A DNA stretch of 63,377 nt, the filler included, from Reticulomyxa filosa (taxonomy: Eukaryota > Protista > Foraminifera), in NCBI GenBank assembly GCA_000512085.1. It is 17 parts of 17 records of this genome, joined end to end, with 100 filler letters (N's around TTAATTAATTAA, not from the genome) between each part and the next. Parts side by side here need not be neighbours in the genome. Positions count along the whole stretch, not along the records: positions 1 to 2,104 come from ASPP01002243.1; positions 2,205 to 3,496 come from ASPP01000365.1; positions 3,597 to 4,689 come from ASPP01046419.1; positions 4,790 to 6,142 come from ASPP01009180.1; positions 6,243 to 8,033 come from ASPP01026008.1; positions 8,134 to 20,225 come from ASPP01000809.1; 11 more parts are not named here. One strand, given 5' to 3'. The number at the start of each line of letters is the position of its first letter. Position 1 is the stretch's first letter. Shown here piece after piece: positions 1 through 12,049 of the stretch. The position numbers and the translations under genes were made by a program. The notes under the pieces were generated by a model. The model was given only the letters and a program-made list of their open reading frames with translations. It was not told where the DNA came from and did no database searches.

Positions 1-29
1 TAAATCTAAAAAATGGAGTTGATTTTTTA

Positions 30-695
30 TTGATCATTGAAAATGAACAAACAATAAAATTAAAAAATAATGAATGGAATAATTATAATTTTGGAATATT
101 TTTACTTGGAGAAGATATCACTTTAACTCTTAATTGTAAAAAACTTGGACATCTAAAAATCAAAACAAGTCATTTGTGGATTAAACATTCTTCATCCAAA
201 GTTGATTGCTCACAATTGGGATATCCAAAGAATCAAGGTCCTGGAAATGGTGGAAATGGATTTTTAAGTGGTGGTGGCGGATATGGAACGAAAGGAGAAG
301 GAAATTCTGGACGAGCTGGAGAAATGTATGGAGAAGAGACTTTGTTGAAAGAAATCCATTTTGGAAGTGGAGGTGGAAGTATATTTAATTCCATTGGAGG
401 AAGTGGTGGTGGGATAATTGAACTGATAATTGAACAACAATTGATCAATCATGGATCGATTCAATCCAATGGAGGGAATGGTGGTGGAAGTGGAGGGTCA
501 ATATTAATTGAATTGCAGTGTCAATCTCAATCTCAATCAAATAAATTGGAACAAACTTTTGGAACTATCAAATGTATTGGAGGAAGTGAAGGATATCGTG
601 GTGGAAAAGGAAGAATTGCAATCTATGGTATTGAATTGCCATTAAATGATATTAAACAAATTGATCCAAAACCATTTAATAGACTTCACAAATAA
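30..695 (+). CDS. Glycine-rich hypothetical protein, probably the C-terminal part of a longer gene
   Basis: 221-aa ORF with repeated GGGGYG/GSGGG/GGSGGSI motifs, ending GGKGRIAIY. Near the window start, so possibly 5'-incomplete. Confidence 0.7.
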   Translation: MIIENEQTIKLKNNEWNNYNFGIFLLGEDITLTLNCKKLGHLKIKTSHLWIKHSSSKVDCSQLGYPKNQGPGNGGNGFLSGGGGYGTKGEGNSGRAGEMYGEETLLKEIHFGSGGGSIFNSIGGSGGGIIELIIEQQLINHGSIQSNGGNGGGSGGSILIELQCQSQSQSNKLEQTFGTIKCIGGSEGYRGGKGRIAIYGIELPLNDIKQIDPKPFNRLHK

Positions 696-2104
696 TTTGA
701 TTTATTTCTTTATTTTCCAATTTTTTCAATGATTTTTGTTTTTAAATGATCTTTATTTTGTCGGTTTCAAATTATTTTTAAAGTTGGAAATTGAAGTACT
801 TTGAAATGGAAATTAAATAGCTGCAATTCATATTTGATGTTTTGTTTTGAATGAATAAATAATTTGGCCAACAACAAAAATAGGAGCACAAAGAAAAAAG
901 AAAATGTACATAAATCGGATAATCTTTGAAAGCAATATCGATTTTCAATAAAAATAAACTAAATGATATTAATTTATGTTGACAAAATAACAAAACGAAA
1001 TACTTGAATTGATTAATTCATATAAAGCTATGAAAAGAGAATTTAAAAATAACAACTTGATTTAAAATGATTAATACAAACATGGTCTAATTATTCATGC
1101 ACATAATTTTGTTGTTCAACAAAAAAATCCTTTTAAAGTCATTATAATTTTAATTTGTTTTTGAATAAAATATGATTTCATTGACAAAAAAAGAAACACA
1201 TTTAATAAATTTGGCAATGGAAAAGTAATAGATAAACTTTGAATTCAAATACAAATGAAAAAAAAAAAGCAATTGTAATGAAATAGTTATTTCATGAAAA
1301 AGAACAAATGAAAAAAGATAACGCTATGGCTGGAAGAGTTATGAGAAACAACAATTTTTACCGGTTCCTGCTTCCACTTTCAAATACATGAGATAGTGTT
1401 TTCACCAAATGATCAACAAATTACCTTTCCAAAGATATAAATTTAGAAATATTAATTTGTGAAGAAGTTGTTATTAAAATAAAAAAAGAAAGATTACTAT
1501 CATTAATTGATAACAACAGCGATAATGTATGTATATATAATGAATTTGGGTTTCACAGTTATGTCTTAAACTAGTTTTTCTTTCATTTGGATATTCAAGA
1601 TCAATACCAAAGTATCACAAAGATGATAATTTTTTGGATAGCAACAAGTCTTCCAAAAATAACAAACGATGTTTTAAAATGATGTAATGAAAAAACACAA
1701 TTGAAATTGATCACAAGGAGCATGTGTCAAATCAATACAGTATGCATGTTATCTTATCATTTGTGACAATGAATCATCCCAACAGAATTGCATACTGACA
1801 TTAAAGCCAACAACAAACATGAGATATAATTTCACATCTTTTAAAAAGTTGATAGTGCATACTGCAAGGCATCCAAACACAAATGGACACATATACAAAG
1901 TGTAGAAATGTCTCGGTAATGCAATAAATCATAATCAAATCCCAAAAATTGAGGACACTATTATTATTGTTTCCATTCTTTCTTTGCAAATTTCTCTAAC
2001 CAATGTGAGAGTTCACATGGTATAGATTTATCTTTCTTCAAAACCACTTTGCTTAATCCAATTCAAATCACTTGTATGTTGAATTTTTACTTTGTTTAAA
2101 AAAA

Positions 2105-2204
2105 NNNNNNNNNNNNNNNNNNNNNNNNNNNNNNNNNNNNNNNNNNNNTTAATTAATTAANNNNNNNNNNNNNNNNNNNNNNNNNNNNNNNNNNNNNNNN
2201 NNNN
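2105..2204. other. Artificial contig linker (first of 16)
   Basis: 44 N + TTAATTAATTAA (stops in all six frames) + 44 N. Identical copies at 3497-3596, 4690-4789, 6143-6242, 8034-8133, 20226-20325, 28810-28909, 32060-32159, 38237-38336, 40500-40599, 44433-44532, 49004-49103, 52625-52724, 57332-57431, 59798-59897, 60997-61096. Confidence 0.99.
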
Positions 2205-3859
2205 TGTTACAATTGTAATAGATATGAAATCAAATTACTTGAACTTTATAAGGTAATATATTTATTTTTTTTGTTAAAGAAAAAATAAATATTTGATATA
2301 TGTTTATGTGTTTGACAAAGATGTTACTTTGAATGTCAAACTGCTGTTGTGTTGGAATTCTCACTCACTCATAGATATGTTGTCGATACATTCTCGATAA
2401 CGCAAAGGTGGAAAAAATATTGATATCAAAGCCATCTTTGGTTATTCTCAAAACGTATACTGGCATCTCCAAGTTTAATCTATACATTACGTTTTTTCTT
2501 TTTTTATTTAAACAATCATTTATGTATCAATTGTATTGATTGAATTAGTAATGGCAAATGCATTACTACTTTGTCAGCGTACGAACAACAAAATGATTTT
2601 GCATATGTCATGAAAGATAAATCAAGGCATTGTATTTGGATATACGTGTATTGTGCTACCACTAGCACTTTTCCAAAGTGTGTGCATTTTCTACGTACAA
2701 AAAATATAATTACTATTATAATATATATATATGTATATTTAAATACCCTTTTTTTGAAAAAATAAAGGCAACATTGAAGCGATCATTTTGGAAGTTACTT
2801 TATTGCAAATGCCAAAACGTCAAATATCCAGACATCATGGCCAAATAAGTACAACAATACCAATCCAATATTAATGCCTTTTGAGGAAAAAAAACAACAA
2901 ATTGACAATAACAAAAGTGCAATCATACAATGATGTCATCTATTGTAAGCAAATGATCACACATTTTACACGATTGTCGACGTCAGACACTCTTTATTTT
3001 TATTTTCATCCAGCCAAAAGATAATGGGTACGATTGTATCATTCTTCAAGCACATTAGCTGGCAATGCTAATTGTGTTCCAATGTTATATATGTAAAGAC
3101 ATCGGATTTGATAATATATCTTTTTTAATGCAAGCACGGGTTTTTTTGGATGCCAATAAAAATAGAAAATGTATGTAGTTATTATATTATTATAATGATA
3201 TTTTGTAAAAAAACAAACATTGTGACGATATAATTTCAAAAAGTTAGAACAAATAAACTGAATTAAGCACGAATAACACCAAGATATAAATATCAAAAAT
3301 GTACCACAAAAAAAAAGTAAAATCAAAATGATGACTGTGTAATTTAAAGAAAGAAGATGATGGGTCGAAATGGAGAGATCAATTTACATATACTTGCGCT
3401 TTCTCTTTTTTGGTTTGACATTTGTAAGAGGAGTAGGCGTAGGTCCTTTTTTTCTCCGCGTTTTGAAGAACGTGAGATAGCCACGTTATCAGTGTCNNNN
3501 NNNNNNNNNNNNNNNNNNNNNNNNNNNNNNNNNNNNNNNNTTAATTAATTAANNNNNNNNNNNNNNNNNNNNNNNNNNNNNNNNNNNNNNNNNNNNAAAA
3601 GAATATTTTACTTTAATTTTATTTGTAACAATAACCAGAATGCTTATGAAAAAAAAATTAAATGATATTACTTTGAAGAAAAAGCCTTTTTTAACAAAAA
3701 AAAAAAAAAAATAAATAAGTATAATAAATAAACATTCAATAATTGGAAAAAAAGTATTTTTTTCTGATAAAATCAAAATTAATTTAAGATATAGTTATTG
3801 AAGACATCATATTTTGATCATCACTTACCTAAAATATAATCATAAAAATATCAAAATTT

Positions 3860-4130
3860 GTTAGTAGAAATATAATATTGTGGTCTTGCTTTGGAATGTT
3901 ATGACCTAGTTGTACATGTAAAAATTAACTGATGTGCCAATGCAAATATATACAAAGAAATTCTATTTGATGAAATGCTCAAAAGCATTGATTGATGTTT
4001 AGAATATAATGAAGATTGTATATTTTATCAAGATAATGCCATCAGTCACAAAAGTAATTATATTAAAATAGTTTAAACAAAATGTTATCAACGTATTGGA
4101 TTTCTCTACAAATTCTCCAATAAAAAAAAT
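3860..4130 (+). mobile_element. Decayed Tc1/mariner-family transposase remnant
   Basis: Fragments ILWSCFG, CIFYQDNAISHKS (QDNA at 4029-4040) and NVINVLDFSTNSP (4081-4119) match the Tc1 catalytic motifs FQQDNA.H.S and VLEWP.QSP. Stops and frameshifts are present. Confidence 0.65.
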
Positions 4131-5668
4131 AGTTATTGATAGTAAAAACAAAAATATACTATTCATGTCAAAAGAAGAACATTTATAAATAATTTAAATT
4201 ATAATGTGAAAAAATTGATAAATGAACATGCACAAATTTAATAAAATCAATACCAGATTGAATACAATTACTATAAAAAAAAAAAATCAGTTCTAATGCT
4301 TTTGAATTAACTTGATTTATTTTGCATTGTATGAAAAAAATGTAAAAAAAATTAATGATGATTAGATATAAATCAAAAAGTAGTCAAAAACAGTTATGCA
4401 ATTTACAATGCATAAACTTTGAAAATATTAAAATTTTTTAAACAATTAGTAAATATTTAATAAAAAACTAAATTTAAAATGATATTGTATGTCAAGGTCA
4501 TAACAATATAAATGGAAATTCCTGCGTAACTCAGGAAACTCCTTTTTTTATAATAAATTACTTACTTAACTTTCCTCTCTTATTATATATTGTTGTTGTT
4601 GTTTATATTTTCTTCTTTTATTTAAACTAATTTGTTTTTGAAAGCAACTACAGTAGATTGCAAAAAAAACTGCAATACCTAAATGGCATNNNNNNNNNNN
4701 NNNNNNNNNNNNNNNNNNNNNNNNNNNNNNNNNTTAATTAATTAANNNNNNNNNNNNNNNNNNNNNNNNNNNNNNNNNNNNNNNNNNNNGGAAAACCTTT
4801 ATCTTTAGCAAGTAATTAACCTTTTTTTGAAAATTTGTTTGTGATTTTTTCTATTTATGAAAAGAGTTTTACGTACATAAAACATGTTCCAACAAAATTG
4901 TTAACTATATCATTGGTACTAAAAGGTGCTATTTAGATTAAGTGTATATTTGATGAAAAACAATGACTAAAAGGGAAAAATGAGAGTATTCAGACAAGAA
5001 GATTATTCATCTTATATTTAAAAAACAAAAATATTGTATCTATTTAAAAAATAGCACATCATATTGTATAGAGATGCAAGAAAGAGAGCTCAGCTAACTA
5101 AAACGTACAAAAAAATTGAGAATAAAGAGAATGAATGTTTTATGAGTTGAGTTATTACAAATCTGGAGTCAGTTATGACTCATGTATCACTACAATATCT
5201 TTAATATCTTAAGTTTCTATGCTATTAAATAATTTAAAACCTTTCAAAACAAAAAAAGGCATTTCAAAAATGCAGTGCATAGAATAATATTAGATGGAAA
5301 TCTCGTGAATAAACGAAGCAATGAGAAAATAATTAATAAATGCTGTTTAACGATTAGAAAAAATTAAAACAATTGAATAAAATATAAAATCAACACTCGA
5401 AAGAGTTTTAATGTATGATTATCCGAAATTGCGCTCAAAGGGACTAAACAAAAGAAAAAACAAAGAATGACAAAGAAATAATCTTTAGCCTCTTACTTTC
5501 AACAACTGAATGTGCAGTTCATCTTTTTTAAAATGTAAGAACCAATTTTTACTAAGCAATAAAATACAATCATTTCATAAAACGTAATTTCAGGCTCTCC
5601 CTTTTTTTAAACACAACTTTTTTAAAAGAAAAAAAAACTCTTCATCATAATAAAGAAAAGGCTAGATA

Positions 5669-6142
5669 ATGTTATCCTTGAATGTGGAAAGAGATGACAA
5701 AAAGCTGGAAAATAAAAAAGAGACCTTTTCTAGTTCTGGCTGTTATAACAAAGATTGGGTTTTGTTGACCAACAAACCACAGAAATTAAGCACATTAGTC
5801 TGCTGTATTTGCAAACAAATTGCAAATAACGCAGTAGAACTACATTGTGATGAACACGAAAATGCAGAACAAGTGCATTTGGTAGGAGAAGAATGTTTGC
5901 AAATGTACTTAAAACAAAACAATGACAAGTGTCCAATTCAACAGCACGATCATTGCGAATTTTCGAAAAGTAAGACATTGCGACAACAAGTTTCAGAATT
6001 GTTAGTAATCTGTCCCCGACAATATGATTTGAAACATAAACAACCAAAAGAAGGGACAAAAACAGGAGAAAAAGAAGAATATGAAAACGAATCAAATTGG
6101 AGTTCAAAAAGTCAATGCAATTATAAAGGAAAAATAAAGGAA
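5669..6142 (+). CDS. TRAF-type/degenerate RING zinc-finger protein, 3'-truncated by the contig end
   Basis: ATG start; CCICKQIANNAVELHCDEH...GEECL...KCPIQQH...VICPRQ...CNYKGK Cys/His pattern. Confidence 0.7.
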
Positions 6143-6879
6143 NNNNNNNNNNNNNNNNNNNNNNNNNNNNNNNNNNNNNNNNNNNNTTAATTAATTAANN
6201 NNNNNNNNNNNNNNNNNNNNNNNNNNNNNNNNNNNNNNNNNNCATGCAATCAAAAAGTTTTCAACGATTTTTTTGCCAATAATCCTTCAGAAATATAATC
6301 TTATAGAATTATTCCATCCCTCAAATATCATTTTTAAATTCATAGTTTTTCTGTTTGAGATTTTATCTTTTAATAACATTAACTGCCAAAACATAGCAAA
6401 TTGTATTTCATAGAGAATAAATAAAGAACACAAAAAGTTTATTTGATGCAATCAGAATAAAGAAAAATATTCAATCAATCAATTTTCATAAATTGTCAAA
6501 TATTGAGTGACGTGATGCACAAAATTTAATTTAACCTTGCAAATCAAAAAGTAGTTAAAATATTGAAAATGCGGACCAGTTTAAAAAAAACGGGGAAATA
6601 GAGGCGTATGTATTGAAAAAAAGGCTTACAAAGGATACCTTGCCCTTAACGATGAGTTCTCCGCTATTAAGAGACTGGCATTTAGCAAAAAAGTATTGGC
6701 TTGTTCGACATAGCAAAGATCAAGCAAAAACCAAGGAACCCGGTTGTCACATATCATATTGCAACAAGCACAGTGGCAAACACAATATTTACAAACAACT
6801 TAGACAAGCAAAGCCCCTCATAAATACAAATCTGGATGTATCTATCAATTTCGACAATATTTCTATTATCAATGTATAT

Positions 6880-8033
6880 ATTAACAGTAATTGGATTGAA
6901 ACGATGAACAAAGAGCCAGTGCAATTATCAGATAAAATATTGGAGCAACGGTTGGATATAACCGCATTACTATTTGGCAAATATTGTTATGAAAATGGCT
7001 TTGACTGCTCCACCATTTATAATCACACATCATTGTACATTCAATATCAATTAAAATAATCATTGTTATCGTTATTACTAATGTCGACTAACGATCACAT
7101 TACTTCTCAATTGAAATATATTGCACAATTATCCGTTGCAACGACTTTGGAGTATTTCATTTTATCACCACTCTGGCTCTGTATCTACTGATATCCAAAT
7201 GAAGAAGAATGATCACGGTGATAGATGTTATCATCCTACTTGCTATGCAATGCACATCGCACTACATCGCTGCGAGTTGATACTGTGCCCCATATCGGAT
7301 GGAAGCTCACGAGAAATGAACTACAAAATTGGGGGGAATCTAAATCAAGCATTTTTTTTACTGTTCGATCATTATCACACCACATCATCGCGTCGAGCAA
7401 AGATCTGTATGTTAGTTGCAAACAATACCAATCTGTTGTTCGTCCTTTCCTATCTCCATGACAATTCACGTTACAACAACAACGGCCATCTCAATCCCTC
7501 CCTCTAGGTCAATGAGTGAATTTGAAAAGTTTTGCAGTTTAAATGGATTCACATTTATATATGTACATGCATACATACATATTTATTTATTTGCTAAAAA
7601 AGACATTATTTGAAATTAACAATAAACTCTAGCAATCAGAATAATTTCCGATGAAAACAATAAAATTGAACCCAACGATTAGCAAAGCTTGGAATGCACT
7701 GAGAAAACATCTGTACAATCAACGACAGCTATGAGAGCGCGATTGTGCACCAAACGTATGACAATAGCGGCAATGTGATGATGAGTTATTTGTATCTATC
7801 AAAAATATTGCGATCACCACACTTCCCAAAGACGGCATGCAGCTGTTGGCCAATGCAAATCTATTTTTGGAATACGACAAAAAAAACAAAGTTTGTAACT
7901 CCATTGGCGAGGAGAACAAAGTGGTGGATGACTGGATAGTGGAGCTTTTGGAAAGTCGAATATCGACAGCATCAAAAGGAGATATCATTTTCACTACTGC
8001 AAACAGTCAATCCATGTCGACGAGGATGACTAG
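6880..8033 (+). pseudogene. VPS9-domain (Rab5-GEF-like) gene copy with 11 in-frame stops and no frameshift
   Basis: A single frame gives TLEYFILSPLW...EEE..., GWKLTRNELQNWGESKSS, CDDELFVSIKNIAITTLPKDGMQLLANANLFLEY and SIGEENKVV, in the order of VPS9 motifs. Phase-0 GT-AG intron at 7516-7632. Confidence 0.55.
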
Positions 8034-8159
8034 NNNNNNNNNNNNNNNNNNNNNNNNNNNNNNNNNNNNNNNNNNNNTTAATTAATTAANNNNNNNNNNN
8101 NNNNNNNNNNNNNNNNNNNNNNNNNNNNNNNNNACAAAAAAAACAATGAAAAGAAAATA

Positions 8160-11100
8160 CTAATTGGAAGCATTTTCTTCGATTCCTTCAACAACTCTTA
8201 AGAGCATTTGATTTTTTTCTTCAAGTTGTTGTGTGAGATCTTCAATAGTCTCTTCATATTTTTTAAGTTTGCGTAGTTCTTTGTCTTGATCTTTGAGGCG
8301 ATCTTCCAACTCTCGAATGGTGGCAAGTTTTTCATCGACGACAAGCAAGTGTCGTTTCAATTCCTCATTGTGCGCATCTTGAAGATTTTGAACGAGTTTT
8401 TGGGTATCTTGTTGGAGATCCGCTTGAGTTTTCAAGTGTATCAATTCCACGTTTTTCTTATTAAGGAGTGACTCCATACTTTGTTTTTCCAGAGTGGATT
8501 TTTCCAAATCGACTTTCATTTCGCCAAACTCTTTGACAAAGCGTTCCATTTTGAGTTTATTTTTTTGAAGTTCAGATTCCAACGACTTGATTTTCTCCAA
8601 GTCCTCAGGACTGGACCAGTTTGTCGTGGCATTGCCATTGGCGTCAGTACCGGACCAGCTTGACTGGTTTTGTAGTTTGCGGATTTGAAAGTCTTTGGTT
8701 TTGATAATGCTTTCCATTTCCGCAACGTTTTTGCGCAACAGTCCCAATTCGCCAGCGTTTTTGTTGACACCAATTCCACTCATTTCCAATTGCTTTTTAA
8801 ACTCTTTGATTTTCAAGTTTAACGCGTCAATCGTTTCATCTTTTTGATCACACTGTTGGCTCATTTCTTGCTTTTGCTTTTCTATACGTTCGCACTTTTC
8901 GTTAAGTAGTTCATATTGCGTGCGCAGATTCCCCAATTGCTGTTCTAATGCCTCCACCTCTTTGTTGCTCTTTTGCATCAACACCACCTGCTTTTCGTAC
9001 GATTGTAGCTTCACTTCCACATCGTCGCCTTGCGTCAATAGCTTGCGATCCAATTGCTCGATTTTGTTCGTCAGTGACTCCACCTTTTTTGTATTCGACT
9101 CGTTTTCTCGAGATAACGACTCCCATTTCGACAGTAACTCGCTCCATTCCTTGCCTTTCGAGTCCAGACGTTCGCGGAGCTCTTTGCTTTCCGACTCGCT
9201 TTTCTTCAAGTCGTTTTGCAACTCCGACACTTGTTCGTCTCTTTCTGCTATTGTCTCTCTCAATTTCTCGGAGTTTGTGGTGATCAGCATTTGTTCCATC
9301 TGATATATATATATGTACATATATGTATATGTATATTATTTATATAATGTACATAAATTTTTTTTTTATAAAAAATAAACTTCTTTATTTCGTTCAGTCA
9401 ACAACTCGATCTGCTTGATTCTGTTTTGAATATCGATGCGAATATCTGTCATCTCTGACTCTTTCTTCTCCATTTCAATGTTATGTATTTGTTGACCTTC
9501 CACGACTTGCTCGTTTTCTTTTTCCAATGCCTCCACTTTTTGTTTATATTTTTGAATCACTTTTTCCGCGTGTTCCAACATTGCTTGTGTTTTTGCTAAT
9601 TTCACTTCGATACTCTCTTCTTCTTCTTTTTTTTCTTTTTCTTTTTCTTTTTCTTTTGCTTTGTTCTTTTCATCTTCTCCATTGCCATCATTGGAATCGC
9701 TCTTATCTTTTGTTTGTGTTGCATTTTCTGGAGACTGTACCTGTCCTTGCTCTTGCACCGACGACGATGACGACGACTCAGCCGATGGACCTTGCTGATC
9801 GTCTTTTGCATCGACGTCCACGATGAGTCCGTTTTCCACGTCCATTTCTTGTTTGCTTTGATTCAGTTGCACGGTGACGCTGTCGAGCGTCTGTTGCTGT
9901 CTGGCGAGTTCATCTTTCACCTGCAGCATGTGTTGCTCCAAGTCGGTATTGGCCTGCTCACTGCTGGACTGCTTGCTCTCGAGTTCCTGGCGTCTGTTTT
10001 CCATCACAGCCAACTCGCGTTCTAGCTTATACGATTGAGCCTGCATCTGTTATATTTAGCATTGTCACCAAAAAAAAAAAAAAATAAATTAATAAAAAGC
10101 ATACATTACATATGCGTACATATATATGTACATATATATGCGTACATATATATGTATATATGTATACGTATATATGTATATGTATATATGTATATGTAAA
10201 CTTCTTGAAAAGCATCCAATTGCTTGACAAATTGCTTGGACTTAGACTGCAATCGCGTAAGTCTCAACTTGAGCTTTGCATTGAGTCCCGACAAATGAGT
10301 GATTTGTTTGGTGGCTTCGTTGAGTTGAGCGACATTGCGGGTGTTGTCATCGGCCTGACGAGTGACGACGCGCAATTGCGCTTGAGTGTGTTCCAATTGC
10401 TTGCGCAGCGTGGCGTTGGTGGATTTCATGCGCGCGCTTTCGTTGGAAGCGGCGTCCAGACGCGTTTCTGTTTCTTTCAAGCGCAAGAACAGTTGGTCGA
10501 GCTTGCGCTGTTTCACCACGATCTCCATGTCCCTTTTTTGCAACTCGTTTTCGAGTCGTCGCACTTTGCGTTGCGAATAGGGGCCGCCCAAGGCGTCGGA
10601 TCCTTCATTGTCGTTGTCATTTTTGTCTTTTTTCAATTTCAACGCACGAGCCAGGCGTTGTTGTAGATTGTTGTTCGCTTCCTTTATGGAACAAAGGTAA
10701 ATAAATGTATATACATATATATATATATATATGTATATACATTTATTTATTTTTTTTCGTCCCCTCCTCCTTTCAAGCAGTAAGTTATTTTTAAAAAAAA
10801 CAAACCTTTTCTTTGTCCATTTCTTTTTGCAATTTAATAAAATCCTTTCGCAATTTCGCAGTAGCTTTTTGCACGGCAATATCTTCGGCACTGGCATTGG
10901 CATTGAAATTGAACATGGAATTGGCGTTGGGTGAGCCGACTGACTGTAGCAGTTGCTCTTCTTGCAAAACATTAGACGAAGTGGCGCTCCGGGACAACTG
11001 AAAGCCCTTCATTTTTTTGGCGACGTCACTTTTAATAGCCATTTGCTCCTGATTGTTCTTTTCAAGCTTTTCCACTTTCATTTGCAATCTCTTAATTTGG

Positions 11101-11796
11101 TTCTCATGCAACGTCTTCACTGACTTCAACTCGCCCGCTAGCTTTCGCAACTCTGTCTTGCACTTGGCCAACTCTTTCCGCTTTTCCGTCAATTGCTGCA
11201 ATAAACGCTTGGTCTCCTCGTCGTTCATCTTCAGACCTGGCACGTATACCAATGCCTCTGAATCCACGCTCGTCGATCCGTCGTCTGACACATCTCCGCT
11301 TCGCGGCTCCAGGCTTCGAAAATCCATTCGTCGGTAGCTCTTGCTTCTCGGACCCAGTCTCAATGCCGAGGGTGACGATCCTACTGACTTCGTCTCGCTA
11401 TCTTGCTTTGCCAATCTTCGTAGTTGCTCCGGCAACTCATTCAGTCTTCCGCCTTTGTATATTTTGTTTGTACGTATCGTCGTACGTGCATTTTTTCGTA
11501 TGTATATTATTTCACACCCCCTTTTTTTTTTTTTTCTTTCCCCTTCTTCCCCTCTTTATCCTTTCCCCCTTTTTGTTTTTTGAAACTTGGCTTGGGCCTG
11601 AATAATTTTGCTGATTTGATTGTCGGGGATAACAGTGCTGGAGGAGAGAGCGGAGATCGCTCCGATTGGGCTTTTGGAGTGGATACTGTTGAACTTGCTT
11701 CGGACACGCTCTCCGCCATGTTTTTTTTTTAATGTTCTGATTCGGTCCTTCCCCTTCAGGCTCTTGCAACATGGAGAAAAAAGCTTGAGTATTCAT
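8160..11796 (-). CDS. Large multi-exon coiled-coil protein
   Basis: Consecutive E/K/Q/L-rich ORFs 11507-11719, 10791-11435, 10106-10972, 9366-10046 and 8160-9320, separated by short AT-rich introns. Start codon uncertain (11796 or 11719). Confidence 0.75.
10105..10197. repeat. Intronic alternating purine-pyrimidine (TA/TG/CA) simple repeat
   Basis: tacatatatatgtacatatatatgcgtacatata...; similar tracts at about 9301-9355 and 10705-10742, and (CA)n at about 26199-26226. Confidence 0.8.
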
Positions 11797-12049
11797 TGTG
11801 GGCCAAAAAGTACGCAAAGTAGGAAGTCTGCAAGCTGAGAGCGAAAGTAGTTCTTACTCAACACTGAAAACACCATTTAGTAAATGCTACAGTTTCTATG
11901 TATGAAAGGACAAACTAGAGACGAGATCAATACTCAACTATCAAATGTTTATTTGTCTATTGTCCCCACCCACTTATTCCACTATAAGATGAAGTAAAAA
12001 AAAAAACATGGAACTCGAAAACTAATTAAAGCTGGAAAAAAAAAATGAG

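Noticed and set aside
1320-1800. Possible decayed WD40 gene (IVFSPNDQQI)
   Set aside because: Only one short motif was seen, too degenerate to support a call.
8286-11838. Numerous 60-180 aa plus-strand ORFs opposite the coiled-coil gene, and similar antisense ORFs elsewhere
   Set aside because: They are antisense shadows of biased coding sequence or low-complexity intron read-through.
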